Below are positions 38,442 to 50,500 of a DNA stretch of 64,000 nt, in pieces. Positions within the stretch are counted from its first letter, which is position 1. Each line of letters starts with the position of its first letter. The position numbers were made by a program, and so were the translations under genes. The notes beneath the pieces were generated by a model. That model saw nothing but the letters and a program-made list of their open reading frames with translations. It was not told the DNA's origin and did not search any database. Location: the NCBI GenBank assembly GCA_008632985.1, contig QPGO01000206.1, positions 1 through 64,000 of the forward strand, written 5' to 3'. The stretch is from Psammoneis japonica. Its lineage: Eukaryota.

Positions 38442-41231
38442 ATCACAAGCAGTTGGCCATTTCAGTTTTTGGCAGGCAAAAGTCTGTCTGTCACCAAATG
38501 CACCCATTGCAAAGACCTTTGGACGTGCAGACTTTTTGGTGACACACAATGAATGATGCTTGCCAAACACAATGTGACAAGTCTGGCAAGGAGTTGCCAT
38601 TTTGGCTTTGACTGGAGAGCCACAGAAAACCACTTAAAGCCAACATTTAAAGCAAAAATTGTGGACAAGGTGATGACAAATGCAATCAAGCATTTTTTCT
38701 GGTCTGCTGTTCTGAAGCAAGGCAAATGTCATGATTAATTTTTTCCCTGAGGTTGAGCTTTTGATGATCCAGGAAACTTGCAATGGACAAAGAGCAACAG
38801 CTGAGAAAGCACTGGTGAAATTTGTTGCAGCTCTTCCTTCTGTTCCTGTGAAATGACTGAAACCAAACCAAGTCATTGGCTGGTGGTCCATCCCAATGGG
38901 TTGGAAGAACCAACCTGTGCAATGTCCATTGCCAGACCCTGCAACTCAATGGTTTTGTTGTGAAATTTCTGGCTGCTGAGTTGGCGAACCTTTTCCTTGT
39001 CAAGAGTGCAAGAACCTGCAAAGCTTTGCAAAAGAAAAAGGCTGCCTTGCACCACAAGTCAGGCCAGGTCCAGCCAACTGTTGTGCACCAACATTCGCTG
39101 GGAAAACATTGGGCAGAAAGGATCCTGGTGCCTGCAGGGGAAGGGTTGCAGGATGAGGTGCAGCAGCAATGATGTGAGGGCTGCATTGCACTGCAAGAGA
39201 TTGTTTGCAGCCAACTGCACTGCATCAATCCTTGGACAAGCAGTTTGATCACCCAATGACTGCACAAAGTTGAGAAGCTCAGCACAATGGGATGGATCAG
39301 CCCAATCTGTTGCCAGAAAAAACCTGCAGTTGGTTTTCAACAGTCTGACTGGAAAATGACATTGTGCAGCTTTTTTGCAAAAGGCACTTTGGATTTTTGC
39401 AGCTTGAATCACATGACAAAACAAGAAGCATCTCCTCCTCAAAGTGCTTCGCACACACCAGAAGAGACTCCTTTCATCAACCCTGTTGGTCATCTTGCTG
39501 TTTAGAAGGCTCTTGCTTTGTGCTCTGCTCTAAATTTGGTTGTCCACACACATCCATGTCTTGTTCCTCTGCCTGAGATGATGGTCATCCAAAATGTCAT
39601 TGGCAGTGCTTGCAGAGTTCTTCGGTGTGCTTCTCAGATGCACGCTCCTTCATGTCAGTGACAGGCAATCATTTTTGTGTCCTCTCTTTTGCCACCACCA
39701 ACAACAACTCACATGGGAAAGGCAAGTCTGGCTGGGAGAGTGACACCCAATGTCTGCTTGTTCACCTCTTCCACAATTTTCTTCTGGCCTTTCCACAAGC
39801 CAGTGTGAGACAGAGAGGTGCAAGCGGCAGGAACTGGAGGAGTGAGCTCCATGGTTTTTTCATGGACTGTGGATTGCCCAAGTTTTGCCAAAAAATGCTG
39901 TTGAATCTGCATCACAAGGGAGCAGGTGAACTGAGTCAATCCCTGTGACATGGGCACAAACCAGCAAGAGGTGCTGCAACAAATGAAGTTGTCACAAATC
40001 TCATCTTTGAACCCAGCCAAATGATGAAACCAACCACCATTGGTCTTTCCTTTGACTCTGAAAGCAAGACTCTTGTTCATGGAAAAGCGAGACAACATCC
40101 TCCAATCTTCAAACAAAATTTCAAAGTCTTCCACATGAGTGTCTTGGCAACCATCAAACAGGCTGCAACATGAGTTGCTGCAAAGACCTGCAGTGTGCAT
40201 CTGGCCAAACCATGAATGGCATGATTGACAGTTTTGCTCAGGACATGACGCGTGTGTCCCAAAGATCAGAAGAGAGCAAAGGTGGCTTGGAGTTGGCCTG
40301 ATGCCCACTGGCAGTGCTTTGTTGCTCAACCCATTTCACAAGGAGGTCTTTGTGTTTCTGCGTCAACATTGCAAGTTCAGTGTTCCAGCATTGTGGCATG
40401 AACTGGTGAAGGACACAACCCTTCCCCTGCTCTGACAAGTCAAGACAAGCTTTGCACTGGTCTCTGCAATTGCTGTTGTTTCTGAGCTTTCCAAACAGGA
40501 TTGAAAGAGCTCCTGCACAAATGTCAGCAAACCCCTTCTTGGTGGTGTTAGTGCAGCCCACACACTGAGCAGGATCACTGCTTGTGGTGTCAAGGACAGG
40601 TCACAAGAGATGTTGTCCACAAAAGAAGATTGCAAAGGCACTTTGAATGCCCTTCAACGATGAAAAACAAATCCTGGAGGGAGGGCTGTGAAACTGTGGG
40701 ACACTTGCTGCCACCTGGAGGGTGTGCCATGAAAATCACCATGGACTCACAATCACCCTTCATGGACAAAACCTGCCACAGCTTCTTGCACCAAACCTCA
40801 CAATTTTTCTCAGATGTGGGGGCACCTGAAAAAGCAAACCTGGGGAAAGCACAAAGCCTCCAAGATTTGTTGCCGGCTGCTGAGGATTCATTGACCTCAA
40901 CAAGTGAATCCCCAATGCAAGATTTGGCCCTGCAAAAGGTGTTTGCATGAGAGGAGCTGGGGTTGAGGAACATCTCATGATTGCCACCACAAGAATCAAG
41001 CCATTCCAAATCAAAGGGATAAAGGGAAAAACTGCACTTGGAGGCAACAGCTTGGAGGCCTTCCTTGACTGCATGCAAAAAGTCTGGAAGGCAAGAAGGA
41101 TTCCCATCATGAACAGACCACTTGCAACTGGGGTCATTTTTCCAGGGATGACCAGCCTGACATGCGATGGTTCCTTGGCATTGCAAATGCTGCTGCAGGG
41201 AAAGAGAACTTGCCTTGGTGTGCAGAGGAAG

Positions 41232-41235
<4 letters not shown>

Positions 41236-41269
<34 letters not shown>
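41236..41269. repeat. (AG)n microsatellite
   Basis: Read directly from the sequence. Confidence 0.95.
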
Positions 41270-41271
<2 letters not shown>

Positions 41272-41739
41272 GTGAAAGAGGAAGTGTGACAAAAGCAATT
41301 GGATCAGACATTCACTGATCTGGCACAAACAATCAGTGGGCTGCAACCGCATTAAAAAAAGAAGAGATCATCAAACCTCATGCATGGGTGATTGCACATG
41401 CAAATTGCCGTTGAACAAGAACACCAGTGCTTTTGTGCCAGACCGGAAGATTGCCAACTTGGTGCAACTCCATACGAAAATATCCACCTGTGCCAATGCC
41501 ACCATCGACGTCACCAATTCTCACTTGTCAGAGATTGGTCTTTGCCCCACTCAGTTCTTAGTCAAGACAGTGCGATGGGCCCAATCTCTAGAGTAGAGGG
41601 CCTGCAGAGAGTAGGGCCTCTAGAGCGAGTATTCTCTAGAGCAGAGACCAGAGCTAGAGAGATTGCCCCATACTGTATCATAGCTACTTGCTACAGTATC
41701 TCTAGCTACGAGATGTGGATGGATGAATCAAGATATGTG

Positions 41740-42163
41740 AAGTGCAATCTGAGCTAGAGCTGCTAGCATCGGTCCGATAGAGCAGAGAGAGTACCTCATC
41801 TTCTCTATTACAGGTAGAGACAGAGAGTTTTTGATCTATTGCCTAAAGGTAGCTGCTCTCTATTAGCTTCTTCCATCCGCGCTGCATGGCCCAACGCATG
41901 ACGCATCATGACGAGCAAAACGTGTGCAAAGTGAATTTATCACCAATACCATAACTAATCTCATCAGCCGTAGACAGTCATGAGCTCATCACATCGCTGC
42001 TGAATATCCAAGGAATTACACACTCACCACACACCAGTAATTTTCCGAACGTCCTTGAGCTTTGCGGCTTCCTCCAGGGCTCGATCCCACATGCTAGCCT
42101 CGCAAAACTTTCTTCGACCGAAATCACGTGGTCGATAAAACGCGTAGTGTAAGACACGTCTTG
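41740..42163 (-). pseudogene. Diverged duplicate of the VPS16 last-exon end and 3' flank (source 54242-54681)
   Basis: Colinear with the source; for example AACTAATCTCATCAGCCGTAGACAGTCATGAGCTC and SMWDRALEEAAKLKDVR occur in both copies. Small deletions. Confidence 0.92.
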
Positions 42164-42324
42164 AAAAGCAGCAAAGGGCTTCCCTCACCATTTTTGCTTG
42201 TGAAATGCTATTACAGGTTGGAGGTGACGGCATCTAAATTCTGACAGGAATACAGGTACAAAATACCCTGAAGTGCATAGAGTACCGCTGGCAACCCTAC
42301 CACCCCACTAGAGACAAAGAGAAT

Positions 42325-42790
42325 TACCAATGTCGTTGCTGCTCCAACGCAACTGCTACTTTTTGGTGTGTTGTTAAAATTTCAACATGGCACTTATGGT
42401 AGATTCGACGACTTCTTCCACGAACGTCACCCTTGATTTGTTAATTTTGGGATGCACATTCTTCTGAAAATGTGTGGTTGCGTGCTGTATTGTAGTGCGA
42501 GCGGCAACATGTACACAACCGCCATGGGCGTTATCGTGGCTGACTTGAGAGCCAAAGTACAAAGACGGCAGTCCCCGCACCGACAAGAGCCGTGGGTGCT
42601 ACTGCAAAACACGTAATGATTGTTGGAAAAAATGAGGAGACTTGTAGTATTGCCGGTCTTGCTTGCTTGTGCTGTGAAAGGCCTTGTTCATCGTTGTTGT
42701 TGCCATCATCCAGGCCTGAAAGTGCACACAATTCTCATCCGCCAAGCGCACCAAAGCCAAGATGGCTCTTGCATGTGGAAACATAGTTGT
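42325..42790 (-). pseudogene. Fragment of an unidentified, probably membrane-protein gene; unmutated paralogue of 31625-32110
   Basis: Colinear nucleotide similarity with 31625-32110. Peptides NNDEQ.LSQHKQ and CFA.AP.ALV occur in both copies. Confidence 0.6.
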
Positions 42791-43106
42791 CGGTGTTGTA
42801 GTACTGTACGGTCGTAGTTTGTGGAAAGGATGATAATAATGCATGCACAGCGAGAAATGAACAGGTCGTTGGTCGTTGTTATCCCCGTTTTTGTACATTG
42901 AGCCCTCATCTGCAAGTTCAGTTCAATCTGCAAAAAAGCAAAACAATGTACAGGAAGGTCCATGCACAGCGCTTCACAGTCAGTCTCTCCATCCTGTAAC
43001 GCGTTCCGTTGTTGTTAGCTGACAGAAACAACAAGCCTCCCTGCATTCGACACGGCGGCGTTCAGAAAGACGGGCCTCTGACATACAAGTTTTTCTCTGC
43101 CATATA

Positions 43107-43634
43107 CTATATTGGTTCCCTTGTCATAATTACGGCAGGAAACATCAAATCTGGTCCCATCGGCACATTATACTTTTCTTTTACCTCAAATCCGAGCGAA
43201 GTATAAAAGGTTTGTCCATTGAGGCTGGACCAGCACTCAAACTTGTAAACGCCGTCTTTCTTGGCGTCGTTGCAACAATTTTCAAAAATCAATCGCCCCA
43301 CGCCTCGTCTTGTGTAATTGGGATGAACTCCAAAATGACGAATGTGCCCAAGCCCAGATTCCATCTTGTTTGTCAGTGGATGCTCGTGCGTCCATCCCCC
43401 GCATCCAACAATGTTATCATCGTCCGTTGTTGCGACATAAAAAGTGTTGGTATCCAGTAGCTTTGGCTGTGCCTTTGTCATGGATGGCAAGGCTATTTGG
43501 AGAACCTTTTCATCATAGTGGCCAGCCATGAACTTTGGGTAACACGCTTCGAGCACTTTGTTGATTCCGGCCGTGTCTTGAGACGTTGCTGGTCTCACTG
43601 AGAATGCTGCTGCTGCTGCCATAGGAGGGACCAT
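43107..43634 (-). CDS. GNAT-family N-acetyltransferase
   Basis: Intact 175-aa ORF: FSVRPAT..D, IVGCGGW, HIRHFGVHPNYTRRGVGRLIF (motif A), SSLNGQTFYTSLGF. Confidence 0.92.
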   Translation of the reverse strand: MVPPMAAAAAFSVRPATSQDTAGINKVLEACYPKFMAGHYDEKVLQIALPSMTKAQPKLLDTNTFYVATTDDDNIVGCGGWTHEHPLTNKMESGLGHIRHFGVHPNYTRRGVGRLIFENCCNDAKKDGVYKFECWSSLNGQTFYTSLGFEVKEKYNVPMGPDLMFPAVIMTREPI

Positions 43635-46600
43635 TTTAAATTTTTATTTGAAAGATACTCTTTCGTTTTGTCTTTTTTTTGCCAGACGTGAGCCTTCTTC
43701 TTCAACCTTGCTTGCACACCTCGTTCAGTGTGATCATCGAGCGAGAGCGAAGAAGTCAAAAATTCTATTGACGCATGGACAGACCGTGTTGGAGGGAGTT
43801 TCTGAATTTTCGAAATCTTTAGTACGAATGCCTCTGTAGATTGTACGCGCGAGGTGTTTTTCATTGTGTTCGCCGTGCATCGAAACGCGTCTTTGATCGC
43901 TCTCGCAAATCGCAGAAACAGCGTTGCTCTCAGCTACGGCATCGTCTGAGCCCCAAAATAAAATACATCACAACAAACCAACAAGTGCACTGACATGATG
44001 TGCCTGGTCCCTTCTGTGGACTCGACTGACTGCTGTTGCAGTGACAAGCCTCGAGAGTCCACAAATGCGGTCACACCTGGCACATTGTTGACACACGAAA
44101 AAGGGCTCCAGTCCGATGAATTGATCACCCGTTGTTGCACGATTTGCCACATTGTAGACGAATCCAGTGTTGATGTTGAATTCTTTGTCAGTGGCTTCTT
44201 CCCCAACAAGGGACCAAGGATTGCTGCAATTCAAAAAAATTGTGAGGGATCAAAAGATGGAAGCGCTCACGCAATTGGGACCTGGACCTGACTTGTCACC
44301 TTTGGCGCGGGCTGCTTTAAAGGTGTTTTCAGTGCTTCTGAGCTGGGCACAATGAGGAGAAGTGGAGACTCCACAAGAAAGCAGAGGTTCAAATGTGTGC
44401 ACACACCTTTCCAAGGAATGACCATGAGCAACTGCAGCACACTTTGGCCACAGCCGGGCTGCAAAGAATGAACTCCATGCCGCAAAATTATGTTGCAGTG
44501 ATGCCTCATGTGGATCAAGCAGAAATGAGCAACATGCCAGCTTGAGCATTGCATCAAAGAACAGAAGGATTGGCGCTCCCCACCTCTGTTGTTGATTTTT
44601 CCTCTTGGTTGTTGCAGGGCTGACCCAGGAAGAAGAGTCACCAGAATGGGTTGTGGCCACTGTCTGTTTGGCTCACATTGATCCTTCAAATTTGCACCAC
44701 CAGTGTCTTCTGTTTTCAAAGAGGTGTTCAGGTCCTTGGCAAAAAGATGTGGACACAGAGATTGCAGCTGTGGTGCATCAGCTGGAAACTTGTCTGCAAA
44801 ATTTGTCAAAGGATGAGCCACAGACTCAGTGTGCAGTCATGCACCCCACTGTGACAGATTTGGGCTTCACAGTCTCATGGCAGGAGGATGCAATTGCTGG
44901 CTGCCATGCTGTCAAGTGTTGCATCATTGTGCACCCTGGGTGATGCCCGCAACCCACACATTCACAGGTGGCAGTTTCAAATTGATGCTTTTCAAACAAA
45001 CCTCATTTCACGCAGCAAAAATTTTTTGCACCTGTCTTGCAGCAACCCACTTTTGGTGAGGGTTGAAATGGAGGGCAAACCTCAAGCTTCAAAAAATCAC
45101 AATGCAGAAATGCACAGAATCAGTGCCACAAGTTTTCCATCACAGGAAAATCAGCTCTGCTGTGCTGAACTGCCAAGCCCTCACAATCCTCATGCTCTTT
45201 GCAGAGTTCCCCCCCTTGGTGCCATTGCAGCCATGCTTTTTGTGCCATCAACTCAACACATGCGCTCTTGCTCATGTGACCAACCCACCACCCAGCTTTG
45301 TTCAATGCATGATCTGAAGATGTTGTTGCGCATGATTGACGTTCATTGTCAAGGGTGTCTGTAAGAGCATCTAACAATGAGCACTTTTGTGGCAGGCGTG
45401 TTTGTCAGCCAATGTGCACATGCTTCAAACAACCTGCTTCTTGTTCCCATCACATTGTTCTTGACCAATGGTGACAGCGAGGGTTGAGTGTGGTGCATGT
45501 GACTGTGCAGCATGATTGCAAATGTGCTGTGTGTGCAACACACACAGGTTGGCAATGACTGATCACATGATTGCATGAGCTGCTGTGTGCAACATTCTCA
45601 CTCAGCAACCTCACAAATCGCCCACACATCTGCCTTCTCCAAGATGACATCAGCATGGAAACTGCACCCCAAATCCATTGGCAGTGCTCTGTGTTTGCAC
45701 ATGCATGATGCAAAACATGTCAGAATGGCAAGTGCTGTGGTCGTCAATGAGTGTCAAACTCAAGCTGATTCTGGGGGCATCTCACTCATCAAGCATGAGC
45801 ACATTTTGTGCTTGCAGATGTTTGCTGGTCATCCCTGACTCTCAGTTGGATGAAAACAGATGTTGCACATCTTTTGTGGACAAAGCCATTGGCACTGTCT
45901 TTGTCTCTGCATGCAGTGACAGCTCTGACAAAGTGAGCAAATTGTCCCATGGTGGCTGCACATGCTGGAGTGAGGCTGAAAGAAAAGCTGTGACAATGAG
46001 CTGCCGTTTTTCAAGAAGTGAGATCCCTGCAAGCCTCCTTGTGTGCAGAGCTGTGTCTCCAATGCACCATGCACATGGCCTCAACATCATTTTGTGCAAA
46101 GTTGTTTTTTCATGAATGTCGCGCAATCACATGGCAAACTCTTCAATTTTTGAAAACATGGAAAAGCCACATGAGCTGGTTTCTTGCCTGGCACATGGGT
46201 CCACTGTGTTTGATTGGTGCTGTCTCAATGCCAAAGATTTCCTCACAAGCATTGCACCACATTTGCTGCAAACCCACTTTTTCTTGCAGGTTGCTTGAAG
46301 CAGCTCCCCGCCCACCTCTGAAGAGAGCAGCACACTGAAATGAGCTGTTGCAGCAAGAAAATCACACTCTCTAGTCAGAGCTGTCTCCAGCTGCCATGTG
46401 CACTTCATCTCCCATTTCAGCTTGAACAGCAGCACTGCTTTTCTCTCACACAGAGCCTGGCTGCACTTCCAAGAGAAACCTTGCTGGAGGTGGCTGGAGG
46501 AGCGCATCATCACCAAACCATGAAAGAATGGCAAGAACTGCTGAAAACCCTTCTTGCTCTGTTTGGCAATTGCCTCTGACTGGTGTTCACAAATGAGCTC

Positions 46601-47309
46601 AAACAATTTGAGCACCAATTCAGCTGCTGCCTGGAATGCTGACAAAAAAGCCAATCTGGTCACTTGTGCTGGAACCTTGGAGAGGAGTTGCTGTGTGGCA
46701 CCACCCAAATTGCTGCCACAGTGTGGCCACATTTTGCCATCGTTTTTCCTGGGTGACACATTTCACCTGGCAGCATCCATGGTCACCACATTTTGCACAT
46801 CAGGCCACATTTGGAAACGTGTGTGAAATTGCACAATGGCAGTTCCTGTCATGCAGCAACTGTGTGGACCACACCAGATCTTGATCTTGTTGAAGTTGAA
46901 CTTCGGATGCATGATGTCATCATCTGCTTTGTGCCTTGTGAGTGGTGACACAGATCTGGTCAAATCCATGTGATCTCAGGGCATTTTTTGTTGCCCAACA
47001 AATGCCCCAATGCACAAGTTTCCTGATTTGCATTTGCTGCAGAAATCAAGCAGCATGGTGGCAAAACCAATGCAACATCAAACCAACAACATCAGCTGAC
47101 ACAACACACCAAGACACCATGAGTGTGAAGACCAGGAAGATGGTCTGGCAAAAGTCACAGACAAGGTGTCATCAGCAGACAAGCACTTCCGCTGCAACTG
47201 ACATGCTGCCAGATGTCTCCAGTGTGTGGGTGGATGAGTGCCTCTCCAAGGAGGGGTGGATTGGTGGTGTGGCTGGCACAACTCTCATTGAATGCCACAA
47301 AAGTCATTG

Positions 47310-47510
47310 CTGATTTGACAAAGGTGAAGGGCACGCACATGTTGCTGTGCAAGGCCAAGACACATGCCATGTTCTTTGATGGGGTGGCGAACATTCAGAA
47401 GGCCACAAGAATTGTCGAGGTGGAGTTTCCCTGGGTTTCCTGTCCACATGGTGCCAAGCATTGCATGGCACTTTTCTTTGAAGATGTGGCTTGGCTGAAA
47501 CCCGTTGATG
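47310..47510 (+). mobile_element. hAT-superfamily transposase fragment (DUF659-like)
   Basis: MFFDGVANIQKATRIVEVEFPWVSCPHGAKHCMALFFEDVA resembles the DG-A-N-x-K ... H-x-x-x-H-x-x-x-L-F-F-x-D segment of hAT/DUF659 transposases. Confidence 0.65.
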
Positions 47511-50500
47511 CAAGTGAAACAGTCTTTTCTTCATCCACCATGTCTTTCCCAGTTGTTCTTTGCACCACAGATGCTCACACCAAGGTGCAAGAGACAAAGT
47601 TCTGCTGAGCAACAAGGTGACATGCAAGAGTGTGCTTGTTTTGCAAAGCCACACAAAAGAGCACAGCAGCAAAGCAAGGGCAGATTGAAAGCCAACAATT
47701 GTGTGAAAACATGGAAAAGCACCAACATGAGTTAATTTCTTGTCTTGCACATGTGCACCAGCAGCACTGAAAATCTTTGACAGAGCAGCTGCACTGACAC
47801 ATCATTCATTGCAAACCCACCCTGTCAGCACAAGTTGAAACAACTCTCTGCCCACCTCCAAAAACCAGCGGTGCACCATGCAAAGCTGTTGCAGCAAGAA
47901 AGTGTCCTCTCCAGCCAGAGTGCTCCTTCTCAGCTGCCATTCAGGGGCTCCATCCCCTGTTTGCTTGAAAGCAAACCATGCTGCTTTGCATTTTCCATCT
48001 TTAAATGATGGTCTTCCTCTCTCAATCATTGAGTCTGGCTTCTGATCTGAAAGGATCTTGGAGGTGGAGCACTGTCAAACCAAGAAAGAATGACATGACA
48101 AGAATGCCCATCATGCAAAGACCCTTGCTCTGCTTGGCAGTTGCTTCCAACCACCAGCACCAGCTCTGGGGCAGCTTGAAGCAACAAAGAGGAAGGGGCT
48201 GCAGAGAAGCACTGCACACAATGAGAGGTGCTGGTGGAACATCTTGTGTGAGCCAAAGCTCAGCAAAAAATTGCCAAGTGACTGCATTGTTGAGCAGCTG
48301 ATGCACTGTTGCAGAGCAAAACCTGTGTGCCCGAATGAGCTGCAATTGAAACTTTTCTCTTGCATCTTTTTTGAAGCATCCCTTGCAAACATGATTTTGG
48401 GTTGTGTGTTTGGGCTGATTGTTTTGAGTGGCAGCTGCCACAGCACATGATGTGGACCTGGCATTGTTGGAGGCCATTTGTGGCATGAACTTGCTGACTT
48501 GACATGCTTGTGCTGCCAACAATGAAGGTTTCACCACTTTGAAGGATGTCAGAAGTTTGTGAATCTGGTGCTGACATTGCCAAGAGATGGCAAAGTGGTG
48601 CCTGTCAGCTCATGCAAGCAGTGCAAAAGGGAGGGCAAATCTTGGCACTGCCTGGAGCAGCTCTGGTGGGGGCCAGCAGCCACAGCCCATGCCGGTTAAA
48701 ATCAAAAGGGGCATCTTGGAGGCTTTGGCTGGTGGCTTGAATGTTTTGCATCCTTGGTGACTGTGGTGCACATGAAAGTGCATTCCTGCACTTGTTGTTG
48801 CAGAAAGTGGGGGAAATGGAGGCACCATTTGCAGTGTGTTGTGTGAACCCAGGCTGGTGCAATGGTGTTCACAAACAATGGGGAGTGTGGCATGGTGTCA
48901 GTTGCCACTTGCCAGCATGGTGGCATTTGATGGGGGTGCTTGTCAGGAGTGCTGTGTGCTGAAGAAGGGTTTTTGGCTGGTGCTCCAGGTTTTATGCCAC
49001 AGACTCATGGCTGAGAATGAAGCTGGCTGACACAACACAGCACAGCATCTGAAATGTCAAAAGATGTGTCATGCCTCCTGGAGTTTCACAGTCAATTGTT
49101 CTTCAGTGACTTGGAGAATGCTCACAATTTTTCTGTCATGGAAACAGCAGAAAGCTTTGCTGTTCTTTGCTGCAGCAGTTTCTGTCATAGACAGGGAAAG
49201 TCCAACCCAATTTGTTTGGAAGAAGACATGGAACTCCAGGCTGCTCTGTTCTGCAATTCACTGGCACTTGAGCATCAGCCCTGGACTTGGTTGGTGGTGC
49301 TGCAGCACTGCCCCAAATGACTCTGACAGAGTGTCCATCATCATTTGAGGATGATGTCAATGTGCTTGTGACTGAGCTGCCCCAGCGAAGCATTTGCCAA
49401 CAAGGTTCTGAGAGCAAGCTGTGCTGTGTGGGCAGCATGCACACCAAGCTTGTCACAGGATGAGCTCCTTGAATGGGCTGGCCACCATGTCATGTTGCTC
49501 ACAGTGGCTGCTGTGGTGCAAAACAATGTCAGTTGTGTCTCGGAAGCAACAAAGATGTGCAAGAGAAAAACAAGCACAGCCACACAACTGGCAAGTCACA
49601 CCATGGCTTCACTGTAGCCAACCCAAACTGAAGCTGTGAAATGTGAGATGTGTTTGGGTTGGTCTGTCTCAAGAAAACAAAAATGCAAAGGTTTGTGACT
49701 TGTGAATCTTGTTTCTCTGTGTGCTTGGGCAGTGGCAGAGATGGGGCCCTGAGCCTTGGTGCAGAGCTGGTTTTGCAATGACAAAAGGATCATCACTTTC
49801 TCTGGTGTGTTGCAACAAGGGGACAAAATGTTGCCTGGCCAAAATGAAATGGAGTGTCCAGCAACTGAAATGTTTGATGTTGTGTTCAAGCAAATGACGC
49901 AAAACCAGAAATCACACAAGCCAGCAACAATGATGGCTCCATTCCAAATGACAAGGTCCTGACTTAGAGACCATGTCAAAACAAGAGCAGGAACCTTTTG
50001 TGCAGCCCAGCTCTCATGCTGTTCAAGAGCAGAGGTGGCACCTTTGACTGTGGTCAGCAGAGAATCAACACCTCCACCTCTGGCAAGGGCATGAGCCATC
50101 AGTCAATGAAGTTGACAAGGTGCATGCTTCCCATCTGCAGCCTCCCCAAACCCATCTCCTGGGGTTGTGTTGGGAATTGAGAGGATGGTCATGACAGCTG
50201 TGCCCTTGCTCTGGCTCAATTTTGGGGTCTCCATTGATTGTGAGCATGCTGCTTGCATCAAGAGATGTGTGAATGTCTCTGGTTGATGAGCACCACTCCA
50301 CCACAGGCCAGTGTCCAGGACAACTTGGTCAAACCAGTGTCTGCTGGCAAACATGCAGCACTTTCTGAAGCCTTGCCCTCTCTTCCTGAAGTTCCTCTTC
50401 ATTTGTGAGTTGGAGATTTCTTTGGTCTTTGTCAGCATCACAACACACTCCTGCCCATTGTCAAATTCTCATGGCTCAAATTTCATGTTGAAATGGTGCA

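Larger units (their letters stand above)
29460..41470. mobile_element. TpA/CpG-depleted hypermutated block 2 (~12 kb of decayed mobile/accessory DNA)
   Basis: Near-absence of TA and CG, TG/CA excess, and abrupt borders. Contains internal tandem repeats, microsatellites and a possible Ulp1-like relic near 37240-37320 (minus strand). The element family cannot be identified. Confidence 0.7.

Noticed and set aside
34700..41330. (CT)n at 34791 and (AG)n at 41236 as terminal inverted repeats of a sub-element
   Set aside because: Similarity does not extend convincingly beyond the microsatellite.
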